Part shown: positions 30,216-40,056 of the stretch, one piece after another
Position numbering within the stretch: the first letter of the stretch is position 1
Layout: each line of letters starts with the position of its first letter
From: Candidatus Hydrogenedentota bacterium
Lineage (GTDB): Bacteria; Hydrogenedentota; Hydrogenedentia; Hydrogenedentales; SLHB01
DNA: 64,000 bases
NCBI GenBank assembly: GCA_045863295.1
Contig: BTWA01000006.1
Coordinates: 1 to 64,000, forward strand
Direction of reading: 5' to 3'
Notes under the pieces: generated by a model
Databases searched by the model: none
What the model saw: the letters and a program-made list of their open reading frames with translations, nothing else
Told to the model about the DNA's origin: nothing
Made by a program: the position numbers and the translations under genes

Positions 30216-32615
30216 ATGCAGATATCGGTGAATTGGCTAAAGGAACTCGTCGACTTCAGCGGGTCCATTGATGATCTGGCGGGACGATTGACCATGCTGG
30301 GTCTGGAGGTCGAGGGCATTCACTCGCCTGGCCAGGAAATTGAACAAGTCCGAATCGGAAAAATCCTGGAAATTAAGCCGCATCCTGACGCAGATAAGCT
30401 TGTGGTGTGCCAGACCGATGTGGGTGAAAGCAATCCGCTGCAGATTGTGTGTGGCGCTAAAAACATGAAACCCGGCGACATCGTACCCACTGCGGTGGTC
30501 GGCGCCAAATTACCCGGCGGTTTTGAAATTGGCCGTCGAAAAATGCGCGGTATCGAATCGCAGGGAATGATGTGCTCGGCGCGTGAGTTGGGCCTCGGCG
30601 ACGATCATGACGGATTATTGATCCTTGACGATTCGTTTGCCGTGGGTAGCGATGCGGTACCGTTATTGGGTTTGGACGATACGGTCATCGAAATTGAAAT
30701 CACGCCCAACCGCGGTGATTGGGCCGGCATGATCGGCATTGCGCGGGACCTCGCGGCGTACTATAAACTGCCGCTGAAAACTCCGACTGTCCAACTTAAA
30801 GAGGTGGGCAAACAGGCGGATGTGTTGTCTTCGGTGACGGTCGAGTGCCCGGAGTTGTGTCCCAGGTATCTCGGGCGGGTCATGTCGGATGTCGTCGTTG
30901 CGAAGTCGCCTTTGTGGATGGTGCAGAGGCTGATAGCAGCGGGTCAGCGGCCCATTAATGTAGTCGTCGATATCACAAACTACGTATTGCTGGAAACGGG
31001 CCACCCTTTACACGCATTCGACTTTCAAAAACTCGACGAGCAACGCATTGTCGTTCGCCGTTCCAGAGCGGGGGAGATCTTAAAGTCAATCGACAGTGTG
31101 GATCGGACTCTCGACGGAGAGATGTTGGTTATAGCGGATGGGAAGAATCCTGTCGCCATTGCCGGTGTCATGGGAGGCCTCGACAGCGAGGTCACCGCGA
31201 AGACCAAAGAAGTCTTTCTGGAAAGCGCCGTATTTGATCCGAGATCCATCCGGCGGACCGCGCGTTCGCTGAGCATGCAGACAGAAGCATCGCAACGTTT
31301 TCAACGCGGAGCCGATCCCGAAATGGCGGTCTTTGCCTTGGACCGTGCGGCTATGTGTTTGGAGCAACTTGCCGGCGCCACTTTAGCCAAGGGGCGTCTT
31401 GATGCACATTCTGTACCTCGGAAAGAGGTCAAAGTCTCGCTGCGATTTCGGCGGGCCAACGCCTTGTTGGGATGCGACATCGATACGGCGACGCAGAAAG
31501 GTATTCTCAGTCGCCTCGGATTCGAAATTGCCAATGAAACACATGAAACAGTGGATGTAAGGGTACCCTCCTGGCGCCAGGACATTTCTCGTGAAGCGGA
31601 TCTAATTGAAGAAGTGGCAAGGGTTTATGGATTTGAGCGGTTACCCGTAGCAATGCCTCGAGTGCGCCCTTCGGAACAGATATTTGCTCCGATGGAACGC
31701 GAATTGGAACAACTCCGTCTGGAGCTTAAGGGGCTGGGTTTGACCGAGATGATCGCTATGTCGTTCAGTTCTCGCGAGGAAGTGGCCAAGGCTGGACTCT
31801 CGGGCGGTTTCGAAGAAATGTTGACCCTACAGAATCCAATGTCCGAGGCTCAGGCCACCCTGCGATCCAGCCTGATACCCGGCTTGCTGGCGGCGGCTTC
31901 GCTTAATGTGAGAAGGGGGAGAGACACGATCCGGCTTTTTGAAATTGGACCGGTATACCGGCCAGCCAAGAATCAGGAACTGCCCGACGAGCCCCGCATG
32001 CTCGGGATTGCCCTCGCGGGATCGCGCGTTGCGCAGCATTGGCACTCTGCGATGCAATTGGTTGATTTTTACGATGCGAAAGGCATCTTGGAAGCAATTT
32101 TAGGTGTACGCGGAATCGAACTTGGCTTTGAGCGCAATGAGATTATCAGGACCTTTGAGCCCGGACAATCGGCATCAATTCAGCTAGGGAAAAAATGTGT
32201 GGGCATTATGGGGGCTGTTAATAGAGCTATCGCAGAGACTTATGATATCTCTGGCGATCTGTTCCTGGTCGAACTGGACCTGTCTGAAACGCTGGCGAAA
32301 CAACTAAAGCACAAGTCATTTGATTCGATATCGGCGCATCCGGCGTCGGTCAGAGATATGGCCATCCTTGTAGATGCTGATCAACCCGCTGGGGATGTAC
32401 TGTTCGACGCGAGAAATTCGGGCGAACCGTTCCTGCAAGATGCACGAATTTTCGATATCTACGTAGGAGAACAAGTCCCTGACGGGAAAAAGAGTATTGC
32501 TCTGGAATTGACGTTCCAAGCGAAAGATCGTACGCTTACCGACAAGGAAACCCAGAAATTCTGGAATGGGATCTTCAACAAGCTCCAATCCAGTTACCAA
32601 GCCGAGTTGCGATGA
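30216..32615 (+). CDS. pheT: phenylalanyl-tRNA synthetase beta subunit
   Basis: 'HPDADKL', 'TPNRGD', 'DITNY', 'DLIEEVAR', C-terminal anticodon-binding domain. Confidence 0.97.
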   Translation: MQISVNWLKELVDFSGSIDDLAGRLTMLGLEVEGIHSPGQEIEQVRIGKILEIKPHPDADKLVVCQTDVGESNPLQIVCGAKNMKPGDIVPTAVVGAKLPGGFEIGRRKMRGIESQGMMCSARELGLGDDHDGLLILDDSFAVGSDAVPLLGLDDTVIEIEITPNRGDWAGMIGIARDLAAYYKLPLKTPTVQLKEVGKQADVLSSVTVECPELCPRYLGRVMSDVVVAKSPLWMVQRLIAAGQRPINVVVDITNYVLLETGHPLHAFDFQKLDEQRIVVRRSRAGEILKSIDSVDRTLDGEMLVIADGKNPVAIAGVMGGLDSEVTAKTKEVFLESAVFDPRSIRRTARSLSMQTEASQRFQRGADPEMAVFALDRAAMCLEQLAGATLAKGRLDAHSVPRKEVKVSLRFRRANALLGCDIDTATQKGILSRLGFEIANETHETVDVRVPSWRQDISREADLIEEVARVYGFERLPVAMPRVRPSEQIFAPMERELEQLRLELKGLGLTEMIAMSFSSREEVAKAGLSGGFEEMLTLQNPMSEAQATLRSSLIPGLLAAASLNVRRGRDTIRLFEIGPVYRPAKNQELPDEPRMLGIALAGSRVAQHWHSAMQLVDFYDAKGILEAILGVRGIELGFERNEIIRTFEPGQSASIQLGKKCVGIMGAVNRAIAETYDISGDLFLVELDLSETLAKQLKHKSFDSISAHPASVRDMAILVDADQPAGDVLFDARNSGEPFLQDARIFDIYVGEQVPDGKKSIALELTFQAKDRTLTDKETQKFWNGIFNKLQSSYQAELR

Positions 32616-32908
32616 ATGCCCTTGTTGAAAGCCAATTGGCCGAGTTAAGGAGTGCCGTCCAGGCGTTGGAAGAATTTGCCGAGGAGCGGGGGACTACGAT
32701 TTCGAAGCTCGAAGAAGAGCGCGATGCATTGCAGCAGGAACAATGGCGCCTGAAGAAGAATCTAACCACCTTGGAGCGCAAATCCAAGCGTTTGGAAGCC
32801 CTCGAGGCTCAGAACGGCCGCATGAAAGAGCTGATCGCCGATCTCAGGGAGCGGCTTCACGCTACCCTTAAGGATATCAAGGCCTTGCGGTCAGGCATCG
32901 CGTCGTGA
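32612..32908 (+). CDS. coiled-coil protein, ZapB-like by position
   Basis: Heptad-rich ORF between pheT and zapA. Confidence 0.6.
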   Translation: MNALVESQLAELRSAVQALEEFAEERGTTISKLEEERDALQQEQWRLKKNLTTLERKSKRLEALEAQNGRMKELIADLRERLHATLKDIKALRSGIAS

Positions 32909-33198
32909 GCAACGAATATGTCAACGTTACCATTGCCGGAATGACTTTCGAGGTGCCCGTTTATGAATCGCCCCAACGTACGCGCGAACTGGCGCGGGAT
33001 GTGGAAGCGCGGTTCCGGAGAATCGAGGCGGCCCATAAGAAGGTCAACACTCAGATGTTCGCGCTCCAGACAGCCATGTCGTACGCCGTTGACTTGGCGA
33101 GTGCTAGAACTGATAACCACGATCAGGACAAGGAAATGGTGAAGGCCTTATCCGAAATCGTTACCCGCCTGAGAACCCGCGCTCGCACCGAAGAGTAG
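32905..33198 (+). CDS. zapA: cell division protein ZapA
   Basis: 'VNVTIAGMTF...LA..V......I...ALQ.A' pattern; pheT-zapA-6S synteny. Confidence 0.75.
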   Translation: MSNEYVNVTIAGMTFEVPVYESPQRTRELARDVEARFRRIEAAHKKVNTQMFALQTAMSYAVDLASARTDNHDQDKEMVKALSEIVTRLRTRARTEE

Positions 33199-33201
33199 GG
33201 G

Positions 33202-33399
33202 GAAGTCTTTCAGCCGAGCCCGGCTGTCTACAGGTTCTACTTTCCGAGGCCTGCGGTTTTGAACCGATGTGTGCCGACAGGGCGTTCCTAACCAGATCAA
33301 AATGCTCACTACAGAGGGCGGTACCGCATAGCAACCAGGACAAGGCCGACTGCAATTCCTCGAATGTGCGGCAGGGGCAGGCTTAGGCGACGGCGATTC
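33202..33399 (+). ncRNA. ssrS: 6S RNA (probable)
   Basis: About 190-nt non-coding stretch right after zapA (common position). Long-range pairings GCCGAGCC/GGCTTAGGC, CGAGG/CCTCG, TGCGGT/ACTGCA; TTGAACC motif; ends approximate. Confidence 0.7.
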
Positions 33400-33850
33400 T
33401 GATACCGGTTTTGGCGATGAAGCATGTAAAAATAATGTCCGATAATATATATTATGTGCCAAAATGCGATTCTGATTCGGGTCACTTGCTGGAGCTGGCG
33501 TCATATTCTAACCTGAGGCGTTGTCTGTGAGCACATAGTGTATCTCCTTTTTCCGCTTAGGGTTGGCATGATTAGGAGACACCTTGGGCTTCATTGAGCG
33601 ATGTGGTTTTCAGTGGTTTCGGATTCAAGCGGGAAAGCGCGGGTCTCCCAGCGCACCTGAAAGTTGGGTCTTTATGGCAGACCCCGGATTGGGCAGATCT
33701 CTACCCGCACGGGTGCCACTCTGATTTGTTGAGGATTGATCCGTGGTAGCCTCAAAACATGGATCCACCGGTCGGTCTGGGAGCAAACCAGATGACGTGG
33801 AGTTGGCGCGCGGTTGGACTGCGACGCAAGGTTTATTCGGAGGTGAAAAA

Positions 33851-33926
33851 TGGAGCGGGATACGGGATTCGAACCCGCGACTTTCAGCTTGGGAAGCTGA
33901 CACTCTACCAGCTGAGTTAATCCCGC
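33851..33926 (-). tRNA. tRNA-Gly(CCC)
   Basis: GCGGGAT...TCAGC-TTCCCAA-GCTGA...GGTTCGAATCCC...ATCCCGCTCCA; 76 nt with encoded CCA. Confidence 0.97.
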
Positions 33927-33941
33927 TCAGTGTGGCTCGTG

Positions 33942-33970
33942 AGTCTATCACTCGGCCTAGGGCCTGTCAA
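33942..33970 (-). promoter_or_regulatory. tRNA-Gly promoter
   Basis: TTGACA-N17-TAGACT with TGn extension on the - strand. Confidence 0.7.
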
Positions 33971-34639
33971 CCTACTCCATACCCTGTGTGTTCGGTGCGG
34001 GCGTTTCTCGAGGGTTTCAGGTGGAGTTTTATTCTTGTCAATGGTCGCTTGGCCGGAATTTCCCCCTCCCCATTCTGTAAAGTATACTTACTTACTTGAA
34101 AGTGCTGGAAACGTTGGACACAGGTGGAAACGAAGTCCCTCCGGGGCTATTCTGGATATCAGCATAGCTCATTAAACTCCTATCAGAACCGCTGATTTTT
34201 ACACTAGGGCCGAAGGTGAATCTCTACGGCAAGGATTTGCTTGTGATGGTCAAGATATACTGAGACGATTGGTCCTCCCTGTTGATTGCTCACCCTTTCC
34301 AACCGTGCGTACTGGTTTACGATAGACTCGTCAAGGAATTACCGCTCATAAATACTAGAGATTGGGGTTTTTCATGTGTCTTGTGTAGCCTAATGGAACA
34401 GGCCGGACACTCAATTCGCGCCAATATGGCCCAGATTCAACGAGTATGTTATTTATTACCTCAGATAGCCAATACTGGGGTCATTTAGCAATCTCGGAAA
34501 ATTGTATTTTTGTGCGTTTCTTGCACTCATGTGTGTTTTTATCTGGAGCATGATTCAAGGTGCTGTATTGACGGGATCATTCCAAGGGCGTACTCTTGAT
34601 GCAAATCGCGGAGTCCACCACCCCGATCAGGACGCGTGT

Positions 34640-36721
34640 ATGATGCCGGAAGACATTCAGGATAATCCGAGTGAGAGCACTTCGTGTTCTTTTAAAAGAA
34701 GGTGCCGCGCTTTAATCAGTGCCTTATTGTCTGTGATGATCCTGACCCGAGTAAGCAGTTCCGTTTTTTTCGGTACATTCCTGATCGCGTATGCAGCACC
34801 CCCGGTTGGCGAGCCTGGTTTCTTCATCAACCCTGCCCCAGCACCCTCCCCGGGGACCGTGGTGTTGCAAACCACGCGATTTCATCCTGGAGAGGTCCAT
34901 GTACTTTCTTGGAAAATGAAGGTCGATGGTGCTAAGACATGGCGATTTCGTTCGCCATTTGCCGGTGTTTCAATTGAGTACTTCGATGTTTCTGGTGTTC
35001 CTATTGCGTCTCAAAGCAGGCATACCCACTGTTATTCGACGGTTTCGGAGCAGGATGCCTGGTGTGTGCTGGATGTTCCCTCCTCGGCAGACCGTTTGGA
35101 GGTGACATTTCGAATTGAGTCGGATGAGACACTTCCTGGCCATTTCTGGGTTGGACAGTTCCGGCTTGAGCCATTGGAATCTGCGAACAAGCCGGACGTC
35201 CACAGCAGCAAAGCGCTCTTGACGCTCTCCCCTGTGCTTGCGGATGGAACGCCCACACCGGCCCGCCTCTATCTCAAGGATTCCTATGGACTTCCGGCCG
35301 ATGTGCCGTTTACATTTGAATTCGACGGGGGGAAACTGGGTTTTCACCTGTCCTCTCTTCATTTAAACCGCTTCGCGGTTTTGCCGGGGACTTATGAAGT
35401 TGTTGCCATGAAAGGGTTTGAATACAAGCCTGTTCGTACGACAGTGACGCTGGAGGCGGGCGAGTCAAAGAACGTTGAACTCATTCTCGAACCTGCCTTT
35501 GATGCATCGTATCGGAATTGGTATTCCGGGGATCATCACACTCATCTATTCCGCCACGCCAGCACTGTACATCCGTTCATGAACATCGATGATGTCTACC
35601 GGATTGCGCAGGGTGAAGGACTGGCCTTTGTGCCATTCATGGGTGCGGATCGGGTTTCTGAGCCATTGAAAGTCCGTTCGGAACCTGGTTTTCTCGGCTG
35701 GGCCACCAACGAATTGACCCGGGATCTATGGGGTCACATCTGCCCCATAGGATTTGACGTGCCGGCACTGCCTGAATATGGCAACTTATGGCCGATGAAC
35801 GTCGACTACATGGCTGCGGCCGAATCGGCTGGTGGCGCGATTGCCTATGCCCATCCCTATGCCCGATTCAATCCGGAGTCCATAGCTTCTGCGGTCTCCG
35901 ATCCGGAATCCGGCCATGCGGCCCGGGAACTGCCGTTGGCGGCGGCCCTTGGCCACCGGTTCACCATCGACATGCTGACCAAGGAAGGGTTTGGGTCGAA
36001 TTTTGGAATGAAACTGCGGGACTATTTCCGGTTGCTGAACCTGGGGTTTCAACTTGGCGTATCCGGTTCCACGGATTTTCATGCGGACCAGGGCCGGGGA
36101 ATCATTGGTGCCATGCGTACGTATGTTCACGCCGATCCGTTTACGTGGCCGGCCGTTGCCCAAGCCTACCGGGAAGGCCGGACCTTTGCCACGAACGGTC
36201 CCCTGTTGTTTCTGTCGGCCGGGGCGTTTCAACCGGGAGACACGGTAACCCTGGAGGCGGAAGGCGAATTGACCGTCGCGGTGGAGGCATTCAGCCATTG
36301 GGGCCTGACCGGAGCGACCCTTTGGTACAACGGCCGTGCCGTGGAAACCTGGCGGGCTCAAGGCGATTTGGCATTACTTCGCGAGCATACGTTTAAAGTT
36401 TCCCATTCCGGATGGGTAGTGCTGAGTGCGACCGGGCCGGCACATGACGAATTGACCCACGCGCCGGAAGGTGTGCCGACGGTGGATGGGCAGTTTGCAA
36501 TCACGAGTCCCCTTTATGTCACGGTTGTCGGCCGCCCTGCCCCCGCGGATCCTGAGGCGGCCCGTTATTTCATGGCGTGGGTGGATAACGCGAAGACGGC
36601 CTTTGAAACGGCCTGCGCTTCTTCGGCCGCGAAGGGCAATCCTCTCCCCGAGGCGATCCGGGATCAGGCGCTGGCCCGGTTTGCGGAGGCGCGGTCTGTG
36701 TATTTTCGCCTGTCGGACTAG
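34640..36721 (+). CDS. CehA/McbA-family (PHP-like) metallohydrolase
   Basis: 'WYSGDHHTH', 'AHP', 'SGSTDFH', 'RTYV', 'GRTFATNGP'; start uncertain. Confidence 0.75.
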   Translation: MMPEDIQDNPSESTSCSFKRRCRALISALLSVMILTRVSSSVFFGTFLIAYAAPPVGEPGFFINPAPAPSPGTVVLQTTRFHPGEVHVLSWKMKVDGAKTWRFRSPFAGVSIEYFDVSGVPIASQSRHTHCYSTVSEQDAWCVLDVPSSADRLEVTFRIESDETLPGHFWVGQFRLEPLESANKPDVHSSKALLTLSPVLADGTPTPARLYLKDSYGLPADVPFTFEFDGGKLGFHLSSLHLNRFAVLPGTYEVVAMKGFEYKPVRTTVTLEAGESKNVELILEPAFDASYRNWYSGDHHTHLFRHASTVHPFMNIDDVYRIAQGEGLAFVPFMGADRVSEPLKVRSEPGFLGWATNELTRDLWGHICPIGFDVPALPEYGNLWPMNVDYMAAAESAGGAIAYAHPYARFNPESIASAVSDPESGHAARELPLAAALGHRFTIDMLTKEGFGSNFGMKLRDYFRLLNLGFQLGVSGSTDFHADQGRGIIGAMRTYVHADPFTWPAVAQAYREGRTFATNGPLLFLSAGAFQPGDTVTLEAEGELTVAVEAFSHWGLTGATLWYNGRAVETWRAQGDLALLREHTFKVSHSGWVVLSATGPAHDELTHAPEGVPTVDGQFAITSPLYVTVVGRPAPADPEAARYFMAWVDNAKTAFETACASSAAKGNPLPEAIRDQALARFAEARSVYFRLSD

Positions 36722-36824
36722 GGCGGCGATGCCCCCCCACTTCATTCCGCAGCCGCCCCGCAGGGTGATACCATGCACCATTCGGTCTGGGTATCTCTTA
36801 CAACTCTTACGCGGAGGGTCAGTC

Positions 36825-38645
36825 ATGCGCTGCCGAGCGTACACCTTGGTTCTGCTTGTTGCCTTGCTGTTTTCCAGTTTGGTCAAGGCGCAATCGCAGC
36901 CCTCTGGTCCAGGTACGGTGGAAGGGGTGGTGTACGGACGCGATGCCTCCCTCCCGCTGCCGCGAACACTGGTATTTTCAGTGAGTCCCGACAAGATCCT
37001 GGCCAATGCCGAAGCGTGGAAAGCGCAGGGCGTCGGCGGGTTCTTTCTGGAGGGTGTGGCCAGCGAGTGGTCCAGCGATGTGTGGGCGACCGACAAGAAG
37101 CCACACACGATCGGCGCGAGCGACGAAACGTTTCAGAAGGTGCGGGAAGTAAACGCCCTGTGCAAGCGGCTCGGCATGGTGACTTATCTGAAGATTGTCT
37201 ATGCGAATCCGTTGGAGTGGTTTAACGACACGGCGTGGCAACACATCAACCACCACTTCCGGCAGTTCGCGATCTTTGCGCGCGCCGCGGGTTGCCGCGG
37301 GGTTGCACTTGATATCGAGTATGTGGGCCAACAATTCGCGTTTGACTGGGAGGGCTATACGTATGATGGGTATACGCGGAAGGATCTGATCCGGACCATT
37401 CGCGAGCGGTCCGCCGGACAACTTCGGGCGATGTACGACGAGTTTCCAGAAATGGAGTTCCTCGTGCTGCCCGAAGGCGGCATTCATCTGGGGACTCACA
37501 TACAGACGTCGTGGATCGAAGTGGCGGCGGAACGTGACGCGCCCGGGGGCGTACACTTCTTCATGGAAGCCACGTATACGTCGTCGCACCTCGACCGCTA
37601 TCTCGCGTACACCAGCGCGACGAATCTTCTGTTTCGCCGTCAGTTGAGCGAACGTGGGCGGGAGTACTGGGCGCGGCGGTGCACGCTTGCCGCGGGCACC
37701 TGGCCGACCGGATTCGACATTGGGGCGAATCATGACTCTTCCCTCACCCCGACGGAACTGCGCCAAAGTTTCGCTGGTGCGCTGATGGTGTCGCCGAAGT
37801 TCAATTGGGTTTACGTCGACCGGTACGGTGAGCACCACGTGGGCAACGTTCCCGAAGACTATGAAGGCAAGACCGATTTTGCGATGGTGGCGGAGGTGTT
37901 GGGCAACCGCGAAATCGTGCTCGATGATCGCTACAAACGAATTGCCCTTGCCTTGCGCGGCCTCCCTCCCACCGATCCGGCCGCGGATCTGGGGATCGCG
38001 GCCGTGCCCCGGTTCATGCTGCCGCATGGCACGCCCACAATCGACCTCGTGCCTTCGACGTCGGTCGGCGCGGCGGAAACGGAACACGCATGGGACATTG
38101 CGATGGCGTACTACGAGGGGGAATCGCAGGATCTGCAGGCGATTTTTCAACCGATCCGGGATTGGCGTCTCATCGGACCGTTTCCAAGCGGCGACGGGCT
38201 TACGGGGCACGATGCCGTGTACGGGCCGGAAAAGGAAATTGATTTAACGGCGGCGTACGAGGGTGCGAACGGATCGGTGGCGTGGCAGCCGTTCCGCCTT
38301 GCGGACGGCGCACTGGGCATTGATTTCAAACCCATGTTCACACCGAACGAAAACGCGGTGGCGTATGCGTTGACGTATGTGGAGTCGCCGGTGGAACAAG
38401 CCGTGCAAATCCGCTTCGCGTCGAACGACGCAGGCAAGTTGTGGGTGGGCGGCAAACTGGTCAACGATTTTAATCGGGAAAGTTGGTCGGTGTTGGATCG
38501 CGACATCGTCGAGGTGACGCTGCCCAAGGGCAAGACGCCGGTTTTATGCAAGGTGACGAACGGGATCGGCGCGTGGACGTTGGTGGTGCGAATCACGGAC
38601 AAGGACGGCGAGCCGGTGAAAGGGTTGGTGTTCAGTGGGGAATGA
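36825..38645 (+). CDS. secreted hypothetical protein (GH-like barrel plus PA14-like C-terminal domain)
   Basis: Signal peptide, 'GVALDIEY', 'WRLIGPF', 'SNDAGKLWVGG'; GGAGG RBS. Confidence 0.6.
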   Translation: MRCRAYTLVLLVALLFSSLVKAQSQPSGPGTVEGVVYGRDASLPLPRTLVFSVSPDKILANAEAWKAQGVGGFFLEGVASEWSSDVWATDKKPHTIGASDETFQKVREVNALCKRLGMVTYLKIVYANPLEWFNDTAWQHINHHFRQFAIFARAAGCRGVALDIEYVGQQFAFDWEGYTYDGYTRKDLIRTIRERSAGQLRAMYDEFPEMEFLVLPEGGIHLGTHIQTSWIEVAAERDAPGGVHFFMEATYTSSHLDRYLAYTSATNLLFRRQLSERGREYWARRCTLAAGTWPTGFDIGANHDSSLTPTELRQSFAGALMVSPKFNWVYVDRYGEHHVGNVPEDYEGKTDFAMVAEVLGNREIVLDDRYKRIALALRGLPPTDPAADLGIAAVPRFMLPHGTPTIDLVPSTSVGAAETEHAWDIAMAYYEGESQDLQAIFQPIRDWRLIGPFPSGDGLTGHDAVYGPEKEIDLTAAYEGANGSVAWQPFRLADGALGIDFKPMFTPNENAVAYALTYVESPVEQAVQIRFASNDAGKLWVGGKLVNDFNRESWSVLDRDIVEVTLPKGKTPVLCKVTNGIGAWTLVVRITDKDGEPVKGLVFSGE

Positions 38646-38760
38646 AAGAATGTGAATCTCGCGCGGAGGCGCAGAGAGGTGGCCGGGTGGATCGCCGGCG
38701 TGTGTAGAAACCTGCCGCTGCAGCCTTTGACCTTGCTGTGGTTTGGGGAGAATCTCCGCT
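38615..38760 (+). repeat. 146-bp direct repeat, left copy (right copy 45491-45636)
   Basis: Ungapped manual alignment, 128/146 identical. Confidence 0.9.
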
Positions 38761-38837
38761 CAGGTTTACTCTGATCGATAATCATCTTATGCCCGGCATC
38801 GCTGTGGTGTTCACTGATTTCGTATCCCATGTTGACT
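38735..38837 (+). CRISPR. mini-array: near-consensus repeat, 30-nt spacer, degenerate repeat
   Basis: Repeat 38735-38770 (34/36); spacer 38771-38800; GCTGTGGT restarts at 38801, exactly 66 nt after the first repeat. Confidence 0.8.
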
Positions 38838-38928
38838 CGTCAATGTCCCCTATAGTCTGGCTTTTCTGTTGCATTTTCTTAGCGGATTGAAACAAGGGTA
38901 TATGATGGATTTGCGCTGTTTGCGCATT
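38837..38928. repeat. 92-bp dispersed repeat, inverted copy of 138-229
   Basis: 85/92 identity. Confidence 0.9.
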
Positions 38929-38945
38929 GTTCTTACTTCAAATTT

Positions 38946-38974
38946 TGGTTCATCCTCGCGTGTGTGGGGAATGT
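38946..38974. repeat. solitary type I-E-like CRISPR repeat
   Basis: TGGTTCATCCTCGCGTGTGTGGGGAATGT resembles I-E repeats of the form CGGTTYATCCCCGC....GCGGGGAACAC. Confidence 0.55.
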
Positions 38975-39045
38975 TACTCGCCCGTCCCGTGGTAGACCAC
39001 CAGCGGTTCTCCGTTTTCATCCACCACATTCGAATCATCGTCTGG
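38974..39045 (-). pseudogene. fragment resembling a phage/plasmid polyvalent-protein ADP-ribosyltransferase domain
   Basis: Translates to 'SNVVDENGEPLVVYHGT' followed by a stop two residues later. Confidence 0.5.
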
Positions 39046-39438
39046 ATTGACAGAAAAAAATGGTGTGAAGTATCTGGGGATCGAGTCCAAGGGAACGCCG
39101 CAAGTTCCGTTGGCGACAGCGGCCCCGGTCTTGAGCGCCGCCGTCCGCACCTGGCGCCACTGCCCTGAATTCGGCCTCGACGGCTTTCCAGCCGGAGCCA
39201 GCAACTGTCCATGCTCCCCTCGGCCACCGAGAACACCGGCCATTGCGCATCTGGCCCGTCAGTGGTATCCTGTTTTTGGAATGGCGCTTGCCAAGATCCC
39301 GGAATCGTTGAGGCAGGTGTCGCCGGGTTGGGGTTCTCCGGGGTTCGCCCAATGCCTTCCCTTTCCCACACAATCCTCATGTTGGCCTGCCGTCCGGCGC
39401 TCAGGTACGGAAAATGCGTCCTTAACTTGCCGCTCACC

Positions 39439-39486
39439 AATGAAGGAATGTGAATTTCGCGCAGAGGCGCGGGGAGGTGGCCGGTT
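39439..39486 (+). repeat. third, partial copy of the 146-bp repeat
   Basis: AATGAAGGAATGTGAATTTCGCGCAGAGGCGCGGGGAGGTGGCCGG matches 38641-38686. Confidence 0.8.
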
Positions 39487-39510
39487 CATCCCCGCGTGTG
39501 TGGGGTTATG
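39482..39510. repeat. solitary type I-E-like CRISPR repeat (second)
   Basis: CGGTTCATCCCCGCGTGTGTGGGG; core near-identical to the 38946 copy. Confidence 0.6.
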
Positions 39511-39554
39511 GTACATCATTGAAGTTCAGACCACAGGCCACGCCTTAGGCGTGG

Positions 39555-40052
39555 CCTGTGGTCTGGGGAGAATCTCCGCTCAGGTATACTCTCACCGGAC
39601 ATCGACCCAAGCTCGGATAGGCTGTGGTCTGGGGAGAATCTCCGCTCAGGTATACTTCGCGGAATCCGGGGTGAATGACGAATGTGGCTGTGGTCTGGGG
39701 AGAATCTCCGCTCAGGTATACTTAGTGCTCTACGTAGCTTTATCTGGTCTGGGCTGTGGTCTGGGGAGAATCTCCGCTCAGGTATACTCAGGTCCATGCC
39801 GACGATCTCCGCTGGGCGGCTGTGGTCTGGGGAGAATCTCCGCTCAGGTATACTACTTCCGTTCGGCAACGTCTGCACAGTCTCGCTGTGGTCTGGGGAG
39901 AATCTCCGCTCAGGTATACTCGCCGCCCCCGAGGAACGTCGCGCGAGGCGGCTGTGGTCTGGGGAGAATCTCCGCTCAGGTATACTTGCGCAGGCACTTG
40001 GCAATATAGAGGCGACGCTGTGGTCTGGGGAGAATCTCCGCTCAGGTATACT
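39555..40052 (+). CRISPR. type II-C CRISPR array: 8 repeats of 36 nt, 7 spacers of 30 nt
   Basis: GCTGTGGTCTGGGGAGAATCTCCGCTCAGGTATACT at 39555 (G1->C), 39621, 39687, 39753, 39819, 39885, 39951, 40017. + orientation inferred from tracrRNA complementarity and the terminal TATACT. Confidence 0.98.
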
Positions 40053-40056
40053 TAGG

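Noticed and set aside
33400..34500. Integrative island at tRNA-Gly
   Set aside because: No integrase and no duplicated tRNA 3' end seen; only non-coding, AT-richer DNA
38975..39035. Continuation of a I-E array at a 61-nt period
   Set aside because: CGGTTCTCC at 39004 is too weak and out of register
39591..40016. Self-targeting by main-array spacers
   Set aside because: No match seen by eye beyond 8-9-nt coincidences with the repeat; an exhaustive search was not possible
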